Assembly: GCF_000143415.4 (NCBI RefSeq)
Contig: NW_003314275.1
Location: 563,955-627,954, forward strand
Direction of reading: 5' to 3'
From: Selaginella moellendorffii
Lineage: Eukaryota > Plantae > Lycopodiophyta
Length of the DNA: 64,000 bases
Of the stretch, positions 14,020 through 27,975 are shown one piece after another. The translations under genes and the position numbers were made by a program. The notes under the pieces were generated by a model that was not told the origin of the DNA, searched no databases, and saw nothing but the letters and a program-made list of their open reading frames with translations. The stretch's first letter is position 1; each line of letters begins with the position of its first letter.

Positions 14020-15370
14020 CTAGTACGCCAAGAACTCGCAGATGAAGGGCTGATCCGCGTGCTCGTCGTTGCAATACAGCCCTGGATGCTGCTTGAATCC
14101 CTGCTTGGCCAGCAATTCGCGCACCGCGAGCACCAGATCCTTGTTCCCAATGCCTCGTCCATCGCTCTCGCGCAGCACGCTCTGGACGGCATTGCTGAGA
14201 GCACCGTAAGCACCCTCCTTGTTCCCCCCGGGCTTCGCATCCGCTGAGGTCTCATCCGATTGACAGCCGCTCACAAGCACCGCCATGTCCGATCTGCGAC
14301 CCTGGTTCCCACTTCCAGCGTAGGCATCGTGTGGATTCGCGTGCGTTTTCACCGCCGGCGATGCGTACTCCTCCCCCGATTCCTCGAGCTTTGTCTTGAG
14401 GAAATCCTGCGCGAGACCACCGATTGCTCCCCAGATCCCCCCCTGGCCTCCATCGTTCCCGCCGCTGCTCTGGAGCCTCTGGAAGAGGAGATTGACGAAC
14501 TTCTTCACCTTGGGGCTGGCGTCCTCGCCGAAAACGTCGAAGAGCGTGGGTCGGATGTTGCCCACGCTCACGTCTTGCCTGCCGGTCTTCTCCTTGAGGA
14601 GATCGATGAACACCGACAGCGGCAGTGACTTGTTCTTGACGACGTCACCATTCTCAGTTTCTTCCTCGAGAACTTGCTCTTCTTCTTGGTCCTCTTGGCG
14701 ACGGTGGCGGCTGCCCAGCTTGAATGGGAGCTTGATGCCGGATCGGCTCTCAAACGCGCTCTGGACGCCCTGGAAAACGAGATCTCGGAATCCACCACCA
14801 CGGCCACCTTGTTCTTCCTCTTCTCCGGAGTATGATCGCGATCCCGTGGAGCTATCGCCGACTTGCTCCTTGGCATTCTCGATCAATCCACCGCTGTGGC
14901 ACGAATCCGAGACGAGCGTGATCCGGCATCCCTCCGGGAGCTTGTCAACCAAGTCGCGGAAATCATCATCTAGAACAAGAAAAATCAAGTTTTTATCAAG
15001 ATGATAACGATCGATCGATCTTACCAGTGATCAAGTTCATGTCGCAAGGAACAATGCATTCGTCGTAGCCCGTATCATCCGGCTCGCCCGACTCGGCAGG
15101 AACTCGGACACCATGGCCACTGTAGTGGAAAAAGAGGATACCGCCATCCTCGGTCCCCTCGATGAGATTGGCAAGAGCTTTCCGGATGTTGGCGCCGGTG
15201 GGCTGAGTGCCCTCGGAATCGGTGTCGATGAGCACCACGATTTCATCCTCGGCGAAGCCAAACTTCTCCACCAGGCTGCGATACATCCGCTTCACATCGT
15301 TGACACAGCCGTGGAGCTCGGCCTTGGTACCGGGGTAATTGCAACCCACCAGTAGCGCCCTCTTGCCCAT
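14020..15370 (-). CDS. Type II metacaspase, 2 exons
   Basis: [21 protein letters not shown] and DSCHSGG catalytic His-Cys motifs, long linker, C-terminal QHPGLYC. Confidence 0.96.
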
Positions 15371-15907
15371 GGATCGATCGATCCGCGAAGATCACTGCAA
15401 AGAGGAGGAACCCAGATGCGCAAAAGAGGATTTTTGTCTTAGGAAAAAGAGGATTTTTTCGCTGAGATCTAAGAATGCAGTATCGATTGTGTGGGGAGAT
15501 CGAGATAGCACTTACCAGCGATGGGATCAATCGATCGAAGAAGGCCACTCCTTTTCTTTCCAGGACTGAGAAAGAAGATAAATACTCTCACATAGTGGCT
15601 ATGGGCTATGGATTAACTAAATCCGAGTCTCGCTACTTTCTTTTCTAGCTAAAATCCGGAAGAGCGTGTTGTCGGTGACAGTTCCGTAGAGAGAATCTTT
15701 TCTCCGTACGAGAGCATTTTGGGGGAATATTCGTGCTTCTTCTACCTGGAGTGAAGAAAAAAATTTCTCTAATGGAAGCTCCCCCTTTTTCTAGTTAGGG
15801 TTTTAGCGGAAGGAAAAAAGGCTCCTTCCTTTGAGTGTCGCCAACGTTGACGTGACTTAATGTAGCCTCCAGATAGATATTTTAGGGCTCCTCTCCTTTG
15901 TGGCGCA

Positions 15908-18900
15908 ATGGCGCATCGTCTAGCAGCGCGATCTTCCTCCAGAGCCGCGATTCGGCGGCTGTGCGTGCGATTCTTCCACTCCAGCACCACAAGCAGCGGC
16001 GATCGATCGGCGCCGCGCCAGGTACTGAAATATCTCGAGGAATCGCAACGGCGGCAGCCTTTTGGGGTCCGATCGCTGCCATTCCATGGCAGCCCGCGGT
16101 GGATGCAGACGGCCGCGGCGTCGGCGCCCCGGTCCGTGCCCCTCTCGCGCCTCACGGATAATTTCCTCGATGGCACAAGCAGCGTCTACCTCGAAGAGCT
16201 CCAGAGGGCGTGGGAGGCAGATCCCAAGAGCGTGGATGAATCGTGGGACAACTTCTTTCAGAACTTCACAGGGAAAGCGGCCTCCAGCCCGGGGGTGTCC
16301 GGCCAGACGATCCAGGAGAGTATGCGCTTGCTGCTGCTGGTGAGAGCGTACCAGGTCAATGGTCACATGAAAGCCAAGCTCGATCCACTGGGACTGGACG
16401 AGCGGGTTCCTCCTGAAGATCTCAACCCTGCGCTCTATGGATTCACAGAGGCCGATCTGGATCGGGAGTTTTTCATCGGGGTGTGGAGGATGTCCGGGTT
16501 TCTGTCGGAGAATCGCCCAGTCCAGACTCTCCGCGCGATCTTAAAGCGACTCGAGCAAGCCTACTGTGGGACGATTGGGTATGAGTATATGCACATCTCG
16601 GATCGAGAGAAGTGTAACTGGTTGCGGGAGAAGATCGAGCAGCACGTTCCTAGCAAGTATTCTAAGGAAAGGCAGATCACCATCCTCGATCGTCTCATCT
16701 GGGGGACAAAGTTTGAGAACTTCCTGGCACAGAAGTGGACGGCCAAGAGGTTTGGACTGGAAGGTTGCGAGACACTTATCCCTGGTATGAAGGAGCAAAT
16801 CGATCGAGCAGCGGACCTGGGAGTCGAGAGCGTTGTCATCGGTATGCCTCACCGTGGCAGGCTCAACGTACTGGGAAACGTTGTGAGGAAGCCTCTGCGG
16901 CAAATCTTTAGCGAGTTTGCTGGGGGGACCAAGCCTGCCGAGAGTGGCTACAGTGGAAGTGGTGATGTCAAGTACCATCTAGGAACGTCCTACGATAGAC
17001 CGACCAGGACAGGGAAGCACATCCATCTCTCGCTTGTTGCGAATCCTAGCCACCTGGAAGCTGTGGATCCGGTTGTGGTTGGTAAGACGAGAGCCAAGCA
17101 GTACTACTCGGACGACTTCGAGAGGAAGAAGAACATGGCGATTCTGCTTCATGGAGATGGGAGCTTCTCTGGCCAAGGTGTGGTGTATGAGACGCTGCAC
17201 TTGAGCGACCTTCCAAACTACACCACCGGGGGAACGATTCATATCGTCGTGAACAATCAGGTGGCTTTTACGACGGATCCTAGGAGCAGTCGCTCCTCGC
17301 CTTACTGCACGGACGTTGCCAAGGCTTTGAACGCTCCTATCTTTCACGTGAATGGAGATGACGTTGAGGCTGTCGTCCATGCCTGCGAGCTGGCCGCAGA
17401 ATGGAGGTGCCAGTTCAAGGCGGATGTTGTGGTGGACATAGTTTGCTACCGTCGTTTTGGTCACAATGAGATTGACGAGCCATCGTTCACTCAACCGAAA
17501 ATGTATCAGGTAAGCACAATCTTTGTCTCGATTTTCTAGTGCTTGATGGTTTTTTTTCTTTTTTTGTGCAGGTTATCAAAAATCACCCAACTTCATTGGA
17601 ACTCTATGAGAAGAAACTCATCGAAAGTGGTCAGATCAGTGAGGAGACCGTGAAAAAAATCCATGACAAAGTGTATGGAATTTTAAGCGAAGAGTTCGAG
17701 AACAGCAAAGACTACGTTCCTAAGACACAGGACTGGCTTGCGGCATATTGGTCAGGTTTCAAGAGTCCGGAGCAGTTGTCACGGTTAAGAAACACCGGGT
17801 AAGGCTAAATCTTTTGCCTTTCGTCTTCGTTTCTTACATGTGTTGGTGTTCTGACTGCAGTGTTAAACCAGAGGTATTGAAAAATGTTGGCAAGAAAATC
17901 ACCACTCTTCCTCCCTCGTTTACCCCGCATAGAGCGATCAAGAGGGTGTATGAGCAACGTGCGCAGATGATTGAAACGGGAGACGGAGTGGATTGGGCTA
18001 CAGCTGAGGCATTGGCGTTCGCAACGCTTCTTGCAGAGGGGAACCACGTACGGTTGAGCGGCCAGGACGTCGAAAGAGGCACTTTTAGCCATAGACATGC
18101 CGTGGTACACGATCAAGAAACTGGTGAAAGATACTGCCCCCTTGACCACGTTGTGACCAATCAAAAGGAGGAGATGTTTACCGTGAGCAACAGGTATTTT
18201 CTCCAGCTATCTGTTGTTCTGGAGCTAACTAGTTTTTATGCAGCTCGCTCTCGGAATTCGGGGTGCTTGGGTTTGAGCTCGGATATTCAATGGAAAACCC
18301 GAATTCGTTGGTGTGCTGGGAAGCTCAGTTTGGAGACTTCGCCAATGGTGCGCAGGTGATATTTGATCAGTTTTTGAGCAGTGGAGAAGCCAAGTGGTTG
18401 CGTCAAACGGGACTGGTGTGCATGCTGCCACACGGTTATGATGGACAAGGGCCAGAGCACTCGAGTGCGATGCGTCAACGGGACTGGTGTGCATGCTGCC
18501 ACACGGTTATTGTGGCCGAGGGCCAGAGCACTCGAGTGCGAGGCTAGCAAGGTTTTTGCAGGTTTGTGCCGTTGGTTTTTGCGTGACATTCTTTGACGCG
18601 ATGCTCTTTTACCTTACAGATGAGCGATGATCATCCCTTCGTTATTCCCGAGATGGAAGTGTCTCTTCGGAAGCAGATCCAGGAGTGCAATTGTCAGGTT
18701 GTGAACGTGACGACGCCTGCAAACTACTTCCATGTTCTTCGCCGACAGGTAAGCCGAGACGTGGCTTTTCTGTTCTAATAAACTTTGTTTGATCGTGTCG
18801 GCAGCTCCATCGCGACTTCAGGAAGCCACTCATAATTATGTCCCCGAAGAATCTCCTTCGCCACTCGTCATGCCGCTCGAATCTGTCCGAGTTTGATGAC

Positions 18901-19502
18901 GTTCAGGGGCATCCTGGTTTTGACAAGCAGGGCACACGATTCAAGCGCCTGGTCAAGGACAAGAACGATCACGGCACGGTGGAGCCAGAAATCCGTCGCC
19001 TGGTCCTCTGCTCTGGAAAGGTACATCTTTTCACTTTGGTTTGTGGCGGAAAACAAGATTTTTACTTCCATGTCTGTGTTCTTCAGGTATACTACGAGCT
19101 CGACGAGGAAAGGGAGCGCGTTGGAGCAAAGGACGTGGCCATCTGCCGCGTAGAGCAGCTGTGCCCGGTTCCTTACGATCTCCTCCAACGAGAACTCAAG
19201 CGCTATCCAAGTAAGAAAGCTTGTAGAGTGATCGATCGATCGATAGATTGATTGACGCATGGTTTTTTCTTGTAGACGCGGACGTTGTGTGGTGCCAGGA
19301 AGAACCCATGAACATGGGAGCCTTCTCCTACATTGCTCCGCGACTGGGAACGGCAATGCTGTCCGTCAATCGTGGAAGCTTTGGGGACATCAAGTACGTG
19401 GGAAGGCCTCCATCCGCGGCCACTGCGACTGGATTCGCTGCGGTGCACAAGATGGAGCAAACCGAGCTCGTCCAGAAGGCTCTCCAAGCGGAAAAAATGT
19501 AA
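15908..19502 (+). CDS. OGDH: Mitochondrial 2-oxoglutarate dehydrogenase E1; apparent frameshifting duplication at 18399-18541
   Basis: [67 protein letters not shown]. Confidence 0.95.
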
Positions 19503-19667
19503 AGCTAGCGATTGTTCTTCCAGCTCACAGAATAAAACCCGCGAGAGAGATGATAACTTATAATCAATCACACCAATAAAAGTATACACCATTTCTTTTG
19601 TTCTTCCAAAAGACCATGAAAGGAGAGATTCTTTGAGCCCTAGGAAGGAGGAGCTTGGAAGTTTGCG

Positions 19668-20669
19668 ATGAGGACGATCACCCACGTCTTGTTCGACATG
19701 GACGGCCTTTTGCTCGGTAGCGTATGCTGGTTCTTCTCTGGATCAAAGCTCCTAGAGTTTTTCTTTGTTTGATATCTCGCGTAGCACAGACACGGAGAAG
19801 TTCTACTCGGTTGTGCAAGAGAAGATCCTGTCCGGCTATGGCAAGAGCTTCACCTGGTCGCTCAAAGCCAAGATGATGGGAAAGAGAGCTGCCGAGGCGG
19901 CGGAGATCTTCGTCCACGACTCTGGCCTCGAGGGCATTCTCTCGCCTCGCGACTTTCTCACGCAGCGCGAAGCAATGCTCGAGGTTATGTTCCCCGAGAG
20001 CCAGCTTCTACCTGGTAAACCTCGAGCTATCGTTCTTTCTCCAAGGATTTGTGTATGATCTTAAGCTTGCTAGGAGTGGAGAGACTTGTTGGCTACTTCC
20101 AATCTCAGGGGATTCCAATGGCCATAGCTACCAGGTTCTCTCCCAACTTGAGGGAGATCTAGCACGCCGTAACTTTGTGTGCAATGCAGCTCCCACAAGA
20201 GGAACTTTGATCTCAAGACGATCAACCACAAGGAGCTCATCTCTCGCATGCACCATGTCGTTGTCGGCGACGATCCGGACGTCAAGCTCGGCAAGCCGGC
20301 ACCGGACATTTTCCTCGTGGCAGCTTCGCGGTTTCCGGTACGAAAGAAAGCTCTCGTTCTTCGATGGTCAGTGGGTGATTTTGACACAGGATCCCAAACC
20401 AAGGCCTGAGAACGTTTTGGTTTTCGAGGACGCTCCTACTGGTGTTGAGGCTGCTCAAAACGCTGGAATGTAAGCTCTAGATAGCTCTTCTCTCACATTT
20501 TCTTACATGAAGTTCTATGATAGCTCTTTGTTCTTCACGCAGGAGTGTTGTCATGGTGCCAGATCCAAACCTGGACAAGAGCCTCTGTGATCGAGCAGAC
20601 ATTGTACTGGAAACTCTGGAGGACTTTGATCCCTCTACGTTTGGGATGCCTCCTTTCATCAAAAACTAG
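19668..20669 (+). CDS. HAD-superfamily phosphatase, GPP1/GS1-like
   Basis: MRTITHVLFDMDGLLLDTE, GKPAPDIF, LVFEDAPTGV; ends PSTFGMPPFIKN*. Confidence 0.9.
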
Positions 20670-20683
20670 TCCTATATCAACAC

Positions 20684-20910
20684 AAAGATGAGAAAAAAAG
20701 AGAGATCATAGCAAAAAAGACCATAAAGTTCTGAGTTACATATCAAGAAAGATGAAGAGAGAGATCATATATTGATTGTAGCAAAACAAAAACGGTGATG
20801 CCTCGATCGTAACAAAAAGACAATAAAGTTCGAGTAAGAAATCACACACCAAGATGAGAAAGAAAAAAAGAGAGATCACATAGCAAAAAAACCATAAGGT
20901 TATAAGCTAT
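20684..20910. repeat. Three imperfect copies of an AAGATGAGA..AGAGAGATCA..TAGCAAAAAA unit between convergent 3' ends
   Basis: Copies near 20686, 20748 and 20850. Confidence 0.6.
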
Positions 20911-21013
20911 ATACACAGCAAACAACGCTTGGAACTTGCAAGATCTTTCGTTTTAGTACCACCAAACTCGGAGAGCTTTCGATCCTCGCAAACGCTGGAA
21001 CTCACTCACTCTC

Positions 21014-23993
21014 TCACACGTAGTAAGTCATGCCCACCTCGATCAAGCAAATGTGGGGGATGCTCAGCGCCACCGTCGAGTTCCGGCAGTTCTTCCGCAA
21101 GAAGTTATACACCACGTCGATGGCGAACTTCTTCACGAACGACGACGCCTTCTTCGCCTTGACGTACGAGTGCCCCAGCACGTACGCCACCCCGGCCTCC
21201 TTGGCCTCGATCAGCTCCAGCAGCTCCGCCTTGACGGACGGATCCATCTCCACCGCCGCCTTTGGCAGCTCGAACCTCACCCTCTTCTTGTTGTCCAGGC
21301 GAGGGAGCTCCGCCTCCTCCAGCTCTTGCTCCTCCAGCAGCTCCTTGCCGCTCGGCCTGTCCATCCGGAAGCTCACGGACTGCTGCGGCGGCGGCTCCAC
21401 GTCCTCCAGCCCCGACGTGACGAGCCTCATCGCTGCCCGCGACGGAGTTCCCACCACCGTCATCCTCCCATCCACGGACACCTCGGTGCTCGAGGGGATC
21501 CAGGGGTGCGCGTCCTCCATCTGGATGAACTCGCCGATGTTGACGATGAGCATGTTCTCGAAGTCCTGGTCGTCCTGGTGGAGATCCTTGTAGCCGTATC
21601 TGAGAATGCACCTGTACATCCGGTACTCCTTGGGCCCGATCCTGCCGATTAGATACCGCTCCTGCGGTGGGACGTGAGGCACTGGCACGGACTTGATGCA
21701 GACGAAGACGAGGACTTGGTGAAACGCCGGGAGGTTTGTGACGAAGTGTGAGAAGATGGCGGGGACGCCGGTCACCAGCTCTGTGTATATCAGGCCTATT
21801 CCAGGAACTCGGACGATGCCAAGGCTCGGGCCCAGCGTGAGCAGCCACTTCATGGAGACTTTGTTTTGCAAGTCGAACTCGTACTTCTTGGAGGTGCCGT
21901 AGTGCCATATGTACATGACCGCCATGAATATCACCGCGAGGACCAACGGGACCCAGCCGCCTTCCCTGACTTTGATCAGTGCCGCTGATATGTAAAATGC
22001 CTCGATGGAGCCAAAGAAAAGGAGAAACGCAGCTGCCAGGAAGATGCTCTTCCTCCATACCATGACGATCACCAGTGACATGAGAAAAGTGGTGACGAAC
22101 ATAACCGTGACAACGGCCAAACCTGAAAGGACAAAGATCAATCACGCATTGCAAGTGAACTGGAAACACACCATACCATATGCGTGGCCGATGAGGATTG
22201 TATTCCTGAATCCGAGTGTCACGGCAAGGCAGAGAAGCAGGAGCATCCAGTTGACTTCGGGAATGTAAATCTGACCGTAAATATCTTTGGATGTGTGGAC
22301 AACTTTCACTCGTGGAAAGCAACCCAGAGATAGGCATTGCTTGATAATCGAGAAGGTTGCAGAAATGACTGCCTGGCTCCCAACAATGGACGCGAGCGTG
22401 GCGATGACGAAAACTGGCCAGTACACAGTCTCTGAAGAGATTGTCAAGGCATTAGACCACAAAGCACGTTTCAAAATTTTCTTACTCGGTATGGATTTGT
22501 AGAAACTCTTCAAAATGTCATCGTGATTCTTGGAGAGATACGCCGCTTGTCCCATGTAGGCAAGAACAAGACAAGGATAGACTACACACGTGAACGCAAT
22601 CTACGAAAATCGTGTGCCGTCAGGAAAAAGCACAGCATTCATACACCTCCAAACAAAAGTACCTTGATAGAGAGCTTGGAAAAGTGTCCCAAATCAGCAA
22701 ACATCGCTTCCGTTCCTGAAAAGAACAGGAAGAAAAAACACTCACTGGTGAGGCGGAGTGATGGTAAAGTGATGCGAAGCTTACCTGTGATACACAAGAG
22801 AATCCCCCCCAGAGAAGTCCAGCCTTCCACGCCCGTCTTTCGTAAAAAGTTGTACATGTAGTAAGGTGACAGAGCTCGAAAGATTCCGGGATTCCAGGCT
22901 GCGATGTTATATACACCGATTGCCGCAATACAGAACAGCCACGCTATCACGATGGGTGCGAAAATGAAGGCAACTCTATGCGTCCCAAAGTGCTGCAGCG
23001 CAAACAGCCCGATCAATATCAAGCACGCAATAATGTGGACCACGTCTGCAAAAGGACCCATGACAATCGTGAGTGGCAAGTTGTGCGAGAGGGAATTCTA
23101 CAAAGGAGAATTTTCGACGTACGTTCATGGTGCTCGGTTTCCGTAGAGTTGATTCCGGAAACAGCGGAAAGAACTGGAAAACAAAAGGAAAAAACAGTCA
23201 GCGTACGGCTTTGACAACGTTTTACGAAGGCCGGACCTGATATAGGTGGTGTAAGAACTCCATCGCCAATGACCATACACGTCCCGAGGAGGACTATCGC
23301 AAGAAGACTAATCCGAAGATGTCTGTGCCTCTCGAGGAAAGCTTTGAATGGAACGCCTCCAGACTTTCTGTTGGTGCGCCCTCCTTCCAGCTTGTAGGTG
23401 GATAAATCCTCGTCCGCGGGCTGCTGGTTTGGTAAAAGGCTTAGCTTGGCATGGCGGCACAAGAGCGAATACAAGGCGAAAGTGCCACCTGATAACACAG
23501 ACAAAGAACTTTAAAGTTAGACTAGCCACGAAGAAGGAACACTAAGAAAAAGAAAAAAAAACATGGAAAAGGGGAGCGAGAGAGCAAAGCTAACCTTCCC
23601 CATTGTCATCGGCATTCATGACTATGAGAACATACTTGATGAACGGTAACAGCGTGAGCGTGTAGATGATGAAGGAGAGAACGCCCAAAATCTCCTCATC
23701 GTTCTCGTTGAGCCGCAATTTCCCGGAGAAGGTACTCCGATAAACGTACAGCGGGGACACGCTAAGATCGCCATACACCACTCCAAAGCTCTGGTATGTC
23801 AGGCACAAGAGCGCTCTCAGCGAATTCCCCTTCACGGCTTGCTGCAAAGCAGAGATAGACAATGGAGAGATTTACTCCCACAAATCGATCGAGCAGCCAC
23901 ACGAACCTTGTAATTCGTTTGCAGCGTCGTCCCTCCCGCCGACGCCCCGGGAGCCGACGTCGCAGACTCCGGATCCAGACCGGCCGTCGACAT
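21014..23993 (-). CDS. KUP/HAK/KT potassium transporter
   Basis: [72 protein letters not shown]. Confidence 0.96.
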
Positions 23994-24748
23994 CTCCCCC
24001 CTCGAATCGCTAGCGCCGCCCCCGCGCCGTACGCTGCCGCATTGCGCCGCGCCGCCGCATCTATGCCTCCCAAGATCGAGCTCCCGCCGCGAGGGATCGC
24101 GAATGACGAAACCCTTGACCTATAACCTTGGATGAGAAGAAGAAAGGCGCCACTAGAGAAGCACGCACAACACTCCCTCCACTCTCTAGCTAAAACTCAC
24201 ATAAACATCGTGAGGTACTTTAGGGTTTTGTGTTAATAAACAGTAAAGCGATTAAAGAACACGTGTAAAACAGGGTAGGTTAACAGCTGTAAGAAAACCT
24301 GTTTAACCCGGGGTAGAATATGCTCCCTCGGATGATCGTGGCCGTCCACGTTGGACCGCCCATAAGTTATTTTACCTGGGACCTACTTTGACCACCCAAA
24401 TCTAATTGCTGTGACCCACTCGATCCAATCGAGATGCCCTCTTTTCCTTTTAGCTTTGTGGAGAATCATCGTGATCTGGAACAATTGTGCTAGTTCGTGC
24501 GTATAAGCGTGATAAATTTTGGGGTTTCTTACGTTACCTCAAAAGTTTTGGGGGTCGTGTATCCCTATTGGCAATCCAATCGTATCCGCGGAAGCGGATG
24601 AATGGATCCATTGATGCAGACTTATAGTTAGCCACCTTTCACACTGGCGGTGATCGCGCGTCTGGAGAATCGCCCAAGCGTAAACATCCGTCCTCGTCAG
24701 CACATCACAACATATGTCAAATTTCAGTTTGACCACGTGTTCACTACA

Positions 24749-24834
24749 TCGAGAAAAAAATTTCAATCTTTACAACCTTGGAGTGTCCTGTCGAGAAAAA
24801 ATTTGCAATTTTTACAACCTTGGAGTGTCCTGTC
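24749..24834. repeat. ~42 bp tandem duplication
   Basis: Two copies of tcgagaaaaaa...tttacaaccttggagtgtcctgtc. Confidence 0.8.
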
Positions 24835-25139
24835 AATCCAATTGACGGACTTTGCCTCTGTTTACTTTTTCTCGTTACTTGCATGCTTTTGTAGTGCCTT
24901 TTAGACCATATTAGCGAAGTCAAGAATCGGTAGTTGCGTGATCCTTTTCCAAGACCATGGACTTGTATTTTAATAAGGTTCTATCAAATTAAAATGCAGC
25001 ACGACTCATAAAAATTAAAATGCTACAGTAGAAATTAACCTATTAAATTTGAACCATAACAAGAGGTTGAGTGTTTCAATATCAAAACAAAGTCTGGATG
25101 AAACATTGTTAGACAAAAAACTCATCTCCTTTGCATCAC

Positions 25140-26298
25140 TGTAATTATCTTGTAGTTAAAGTGTTTCTTACTAATGAAAGCTAATTACCGTGGGAGTATA
25201 ATCGCCAGAATCAAAGAGATGAGGCTCCTGTTGAAGATTTTGAACTTCAGGAAAACCAACTTGAGGCTCGTGACTCATAGGATTCAAGTGATCTCCCATA
25301 AATAAAGCTTGATGTTGTTCGTCCCTGATTTAACAAAAATTAGGCCACCAAATGAGAATAAACAAAATTTATTACCTAAAAAGATTTAAATTCACGTCAG
25401 GGTGCAATTTATTGTAGTCAAGGATCTGAAGTAAAAAAGAGATAAACATAATTGCAAAATATTTTAAATTATGATACCTTGAGCAAGCTAGCCTTCTCCA
25501 TAACAGTTTGTATGTGGAGCTCCATTTGATGTAGCTCTTCATAATTTAAAGAATCCAAGCTAGCACAATCACCTTGAAACAACCTTAAAACAAACATGAT
25601 ATAATCTTATCAATAAGAATTTCAAAGTTCAAACAAACCTTAAATGATTTTGAAGTATTTGGTTTTCTTGTTGCAATCTTGCTAGCTCCTTCTGTAAAAC
25701 CTAAAATATATCTGAATAGATACATGAGACTAAATTTCTTACCTCAATGTCTTCAAACCCCATCCCTCTACTTAATCAACAACAGATTAAAACATTTTGA
25801 ACGTGAATTGAGAAATTAAAATCATACCTCGCAATTTCATTGTCTCCCTTCTGCTTCCGTATCCCTCTGTTCAATTGCTGTTTTAAAAATGTTTAGACAT
25901 CTAAAATACGAGCAAAATAAAAATTCCACCTCCAGATTTTCCTTCTTCCTGAAAAATAAAAATGCATGTTATCATAGATGTATTAAAAAGCAAAGTAGGC
26001 GTACCTTTTGATCCTTTCAGCAAGAGGTACATTCGCATAACGCATGATAATCTCCTGAATCCTGCAAATTTCGATCAAAATAAAGCACAAGAAAAGAAAG
26101 AGGGATACCATACTTCAAATCACTTGGATAGTGGATGAGATGATCCACAGGAGAGAACATTATCAAAGCAATGTCTATATCACACAAAGTGGCCAATTCC
26201 TGTGCTTTTTTCACCAATCCAATCTTTCTCTTTGCAAAAGTAGCATGCCTGCTAACACTATTCTCTATTCTCTTTATCTCTAATTTCACTCTCCCCAT
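25140..26298 (-). CDS. Divergent MADS-box transcription factor, MIKC*-like; 3' end approximate
   Basis: [13 protein letters not shown]...[21 protein letters not shown] ([11 protein letters not shown] is typical of MIKC*), followed by many very small exons. Confidence 0.8.
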
Positions 26299-26415
26299 TA
26301 TCCCCAAAACCCCAAAAGAAAGCTTTCGAAAGAGCATTAAAAGGCGCATTAACTTAACAAAATGCTTAAATTTAGATAATGGGGTTTACTACCTAAATTA
26401 AGCAATCTAGAACAA

Positions 26416-27832
26416 ATGGCGCCTATGTTCTTGGTGTTACTCCTGGGAATCTCTGCGACATTGGTAAGCATTCTTCCTCCCTAATTGTCACTCTCTCACT
26501 CGCGATCGATCTCCTATCAGGCGCTAGAACAGCGCCAAAATCTCACATTTCCTCTTGCGATCTCGACCTGGTCGTTCGTGGAGGCTGTGCGATCCGCCCG
26601 GCGAGCGCTGGAATCCGGCCGCTCGGCTGTGGATGCCGTGGTGGAAGGCTGCTCCACCTGCGAGAGATTGCAGTGTGATGGATCTGGTAGGTCGAATTCT
26701 TCTTGTTCTTGGCCTGGATCTTCAATGCTGTGGATATATTTTAGTCGGCTATGGCGGCAGCCCGGATGAGAGCGGTGAGACGACGCTGGACGCGATGGTC
26801 ATGGACGGGGTATGGTACGTCTCATCTCGATCCATTCCTGGGATTCTTTGGTTTTCACGGGAGATCTTGCAGACTACCATGAATGCTGGCGCTGTGGGAT
26901 CGCTTCGTTTCGTCAGGGACGCCGCCATTGCTGCCAAGCTTGTTCTTCTCCACACCGAGCACACGCTCCTCGTTGGCGACCAGGCATCGAAGTTTGCGAT
27001 CTCGATGGGACTCCAGGGACCAGTGAATCTCAGCACCGATGAATCGCTTGGCAAGACGCGATCGTGGCTGGGGAATTCATGCCAGCCCAACTTCTGGAAG
27101 GATGTGGTTCCGGATAGCAAGCTTTCGTGCGGGCCTTATCAGACTTCCCCGCCATCGCCACCTTTGGAGGCCAAGCTTGGGTGTGGTGGCGATTCCACAA
27201 GTTTGTCACGAGGAATAAGCTCTCACAACCATGACACGATCTCTATGGCAGCGATCGACAAGGCAAGTCACAAAAGTTCTTTCCTTTCTTTCTCTTGAGA
27301 TTGATCGATTTATCAGGAAGGAAACATAGCAGTCGGGACTTCCACGAATGGAGCTACTCATAAAATCCCTGGAAGGTTGTGTTCGTCCGCTTTTCTCTCC
27401 TCCTCCAAACCTTTGAAAGTCTCGCTCTTGTCCATCCAGAGTTGGAGATGGACCGATCGTTGGAGCTGGAGCTTACGCTGATTCGGAAGTTGGAGCTTGC
27501 GGAGCCACTGGAGATGGAGACGTGATGATGCGCTTCCTCCCATGGTAACTCAACTCTCCTTCGATGGTTTGTCTAGATCGCTAGTGATTCTTCTCCGTTG
27601 AATCAGCTACCAGGTTGTAGAGAGCATGCGCCGGGGCATGACTCCTCAGCAAGCGGCAGACGATGCCATCGCTAGAATCCGGCGAAAGTACCCCGACTTT
27701 GTTGGAGCGCTCTTCGCGATTAACAGGCAGCTCGAGCACGCTAGTGCCTGCCATGGATGGACGTTCCGCTACTCCGTGTGGAGCAAAGGAATGGACGATG
27801 TGGAGGTGATAACAGTGCTACCGAGCGATTGA
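26416..27832 (+). CDS. Aspartylglucosaminidase (N4-(beta-GlcNAc)-L-asparaginase, Ntn hydrolase)
   Basis: Signal peptide, [22 protein letters not shown] autocleavage site, [23 protein letters not shown]. Confidence 0.93.
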
Positions 27833-27975
27833 TCAAGTTCATCCCTGTGTTTGGGTGCTGTAAATCACAAACTTTAATCCATTGAAACCACAAGCTTGCA
27901 AAAACCGAGTCACCAGATACCACTGAGGCTTTCTTGCAGCCCATCTTCTATACGTAGGCCGTAGGCACGCAAGCG

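Noticed and set aside
11032-20669. LOX-metacaspase-OGDH-GPP as a functional cluster
   Set aside because: Unrelated conserved genes in a gene-dense genome with no shared pathway logic
21053-22337. Long alternate-frame and antisense ORFs over the KUP transporter (similar ones over metacaspase, RPN3, NDA)
   Set aside because: Expected shadows of GC3-rich coding sequence with no independent motifs
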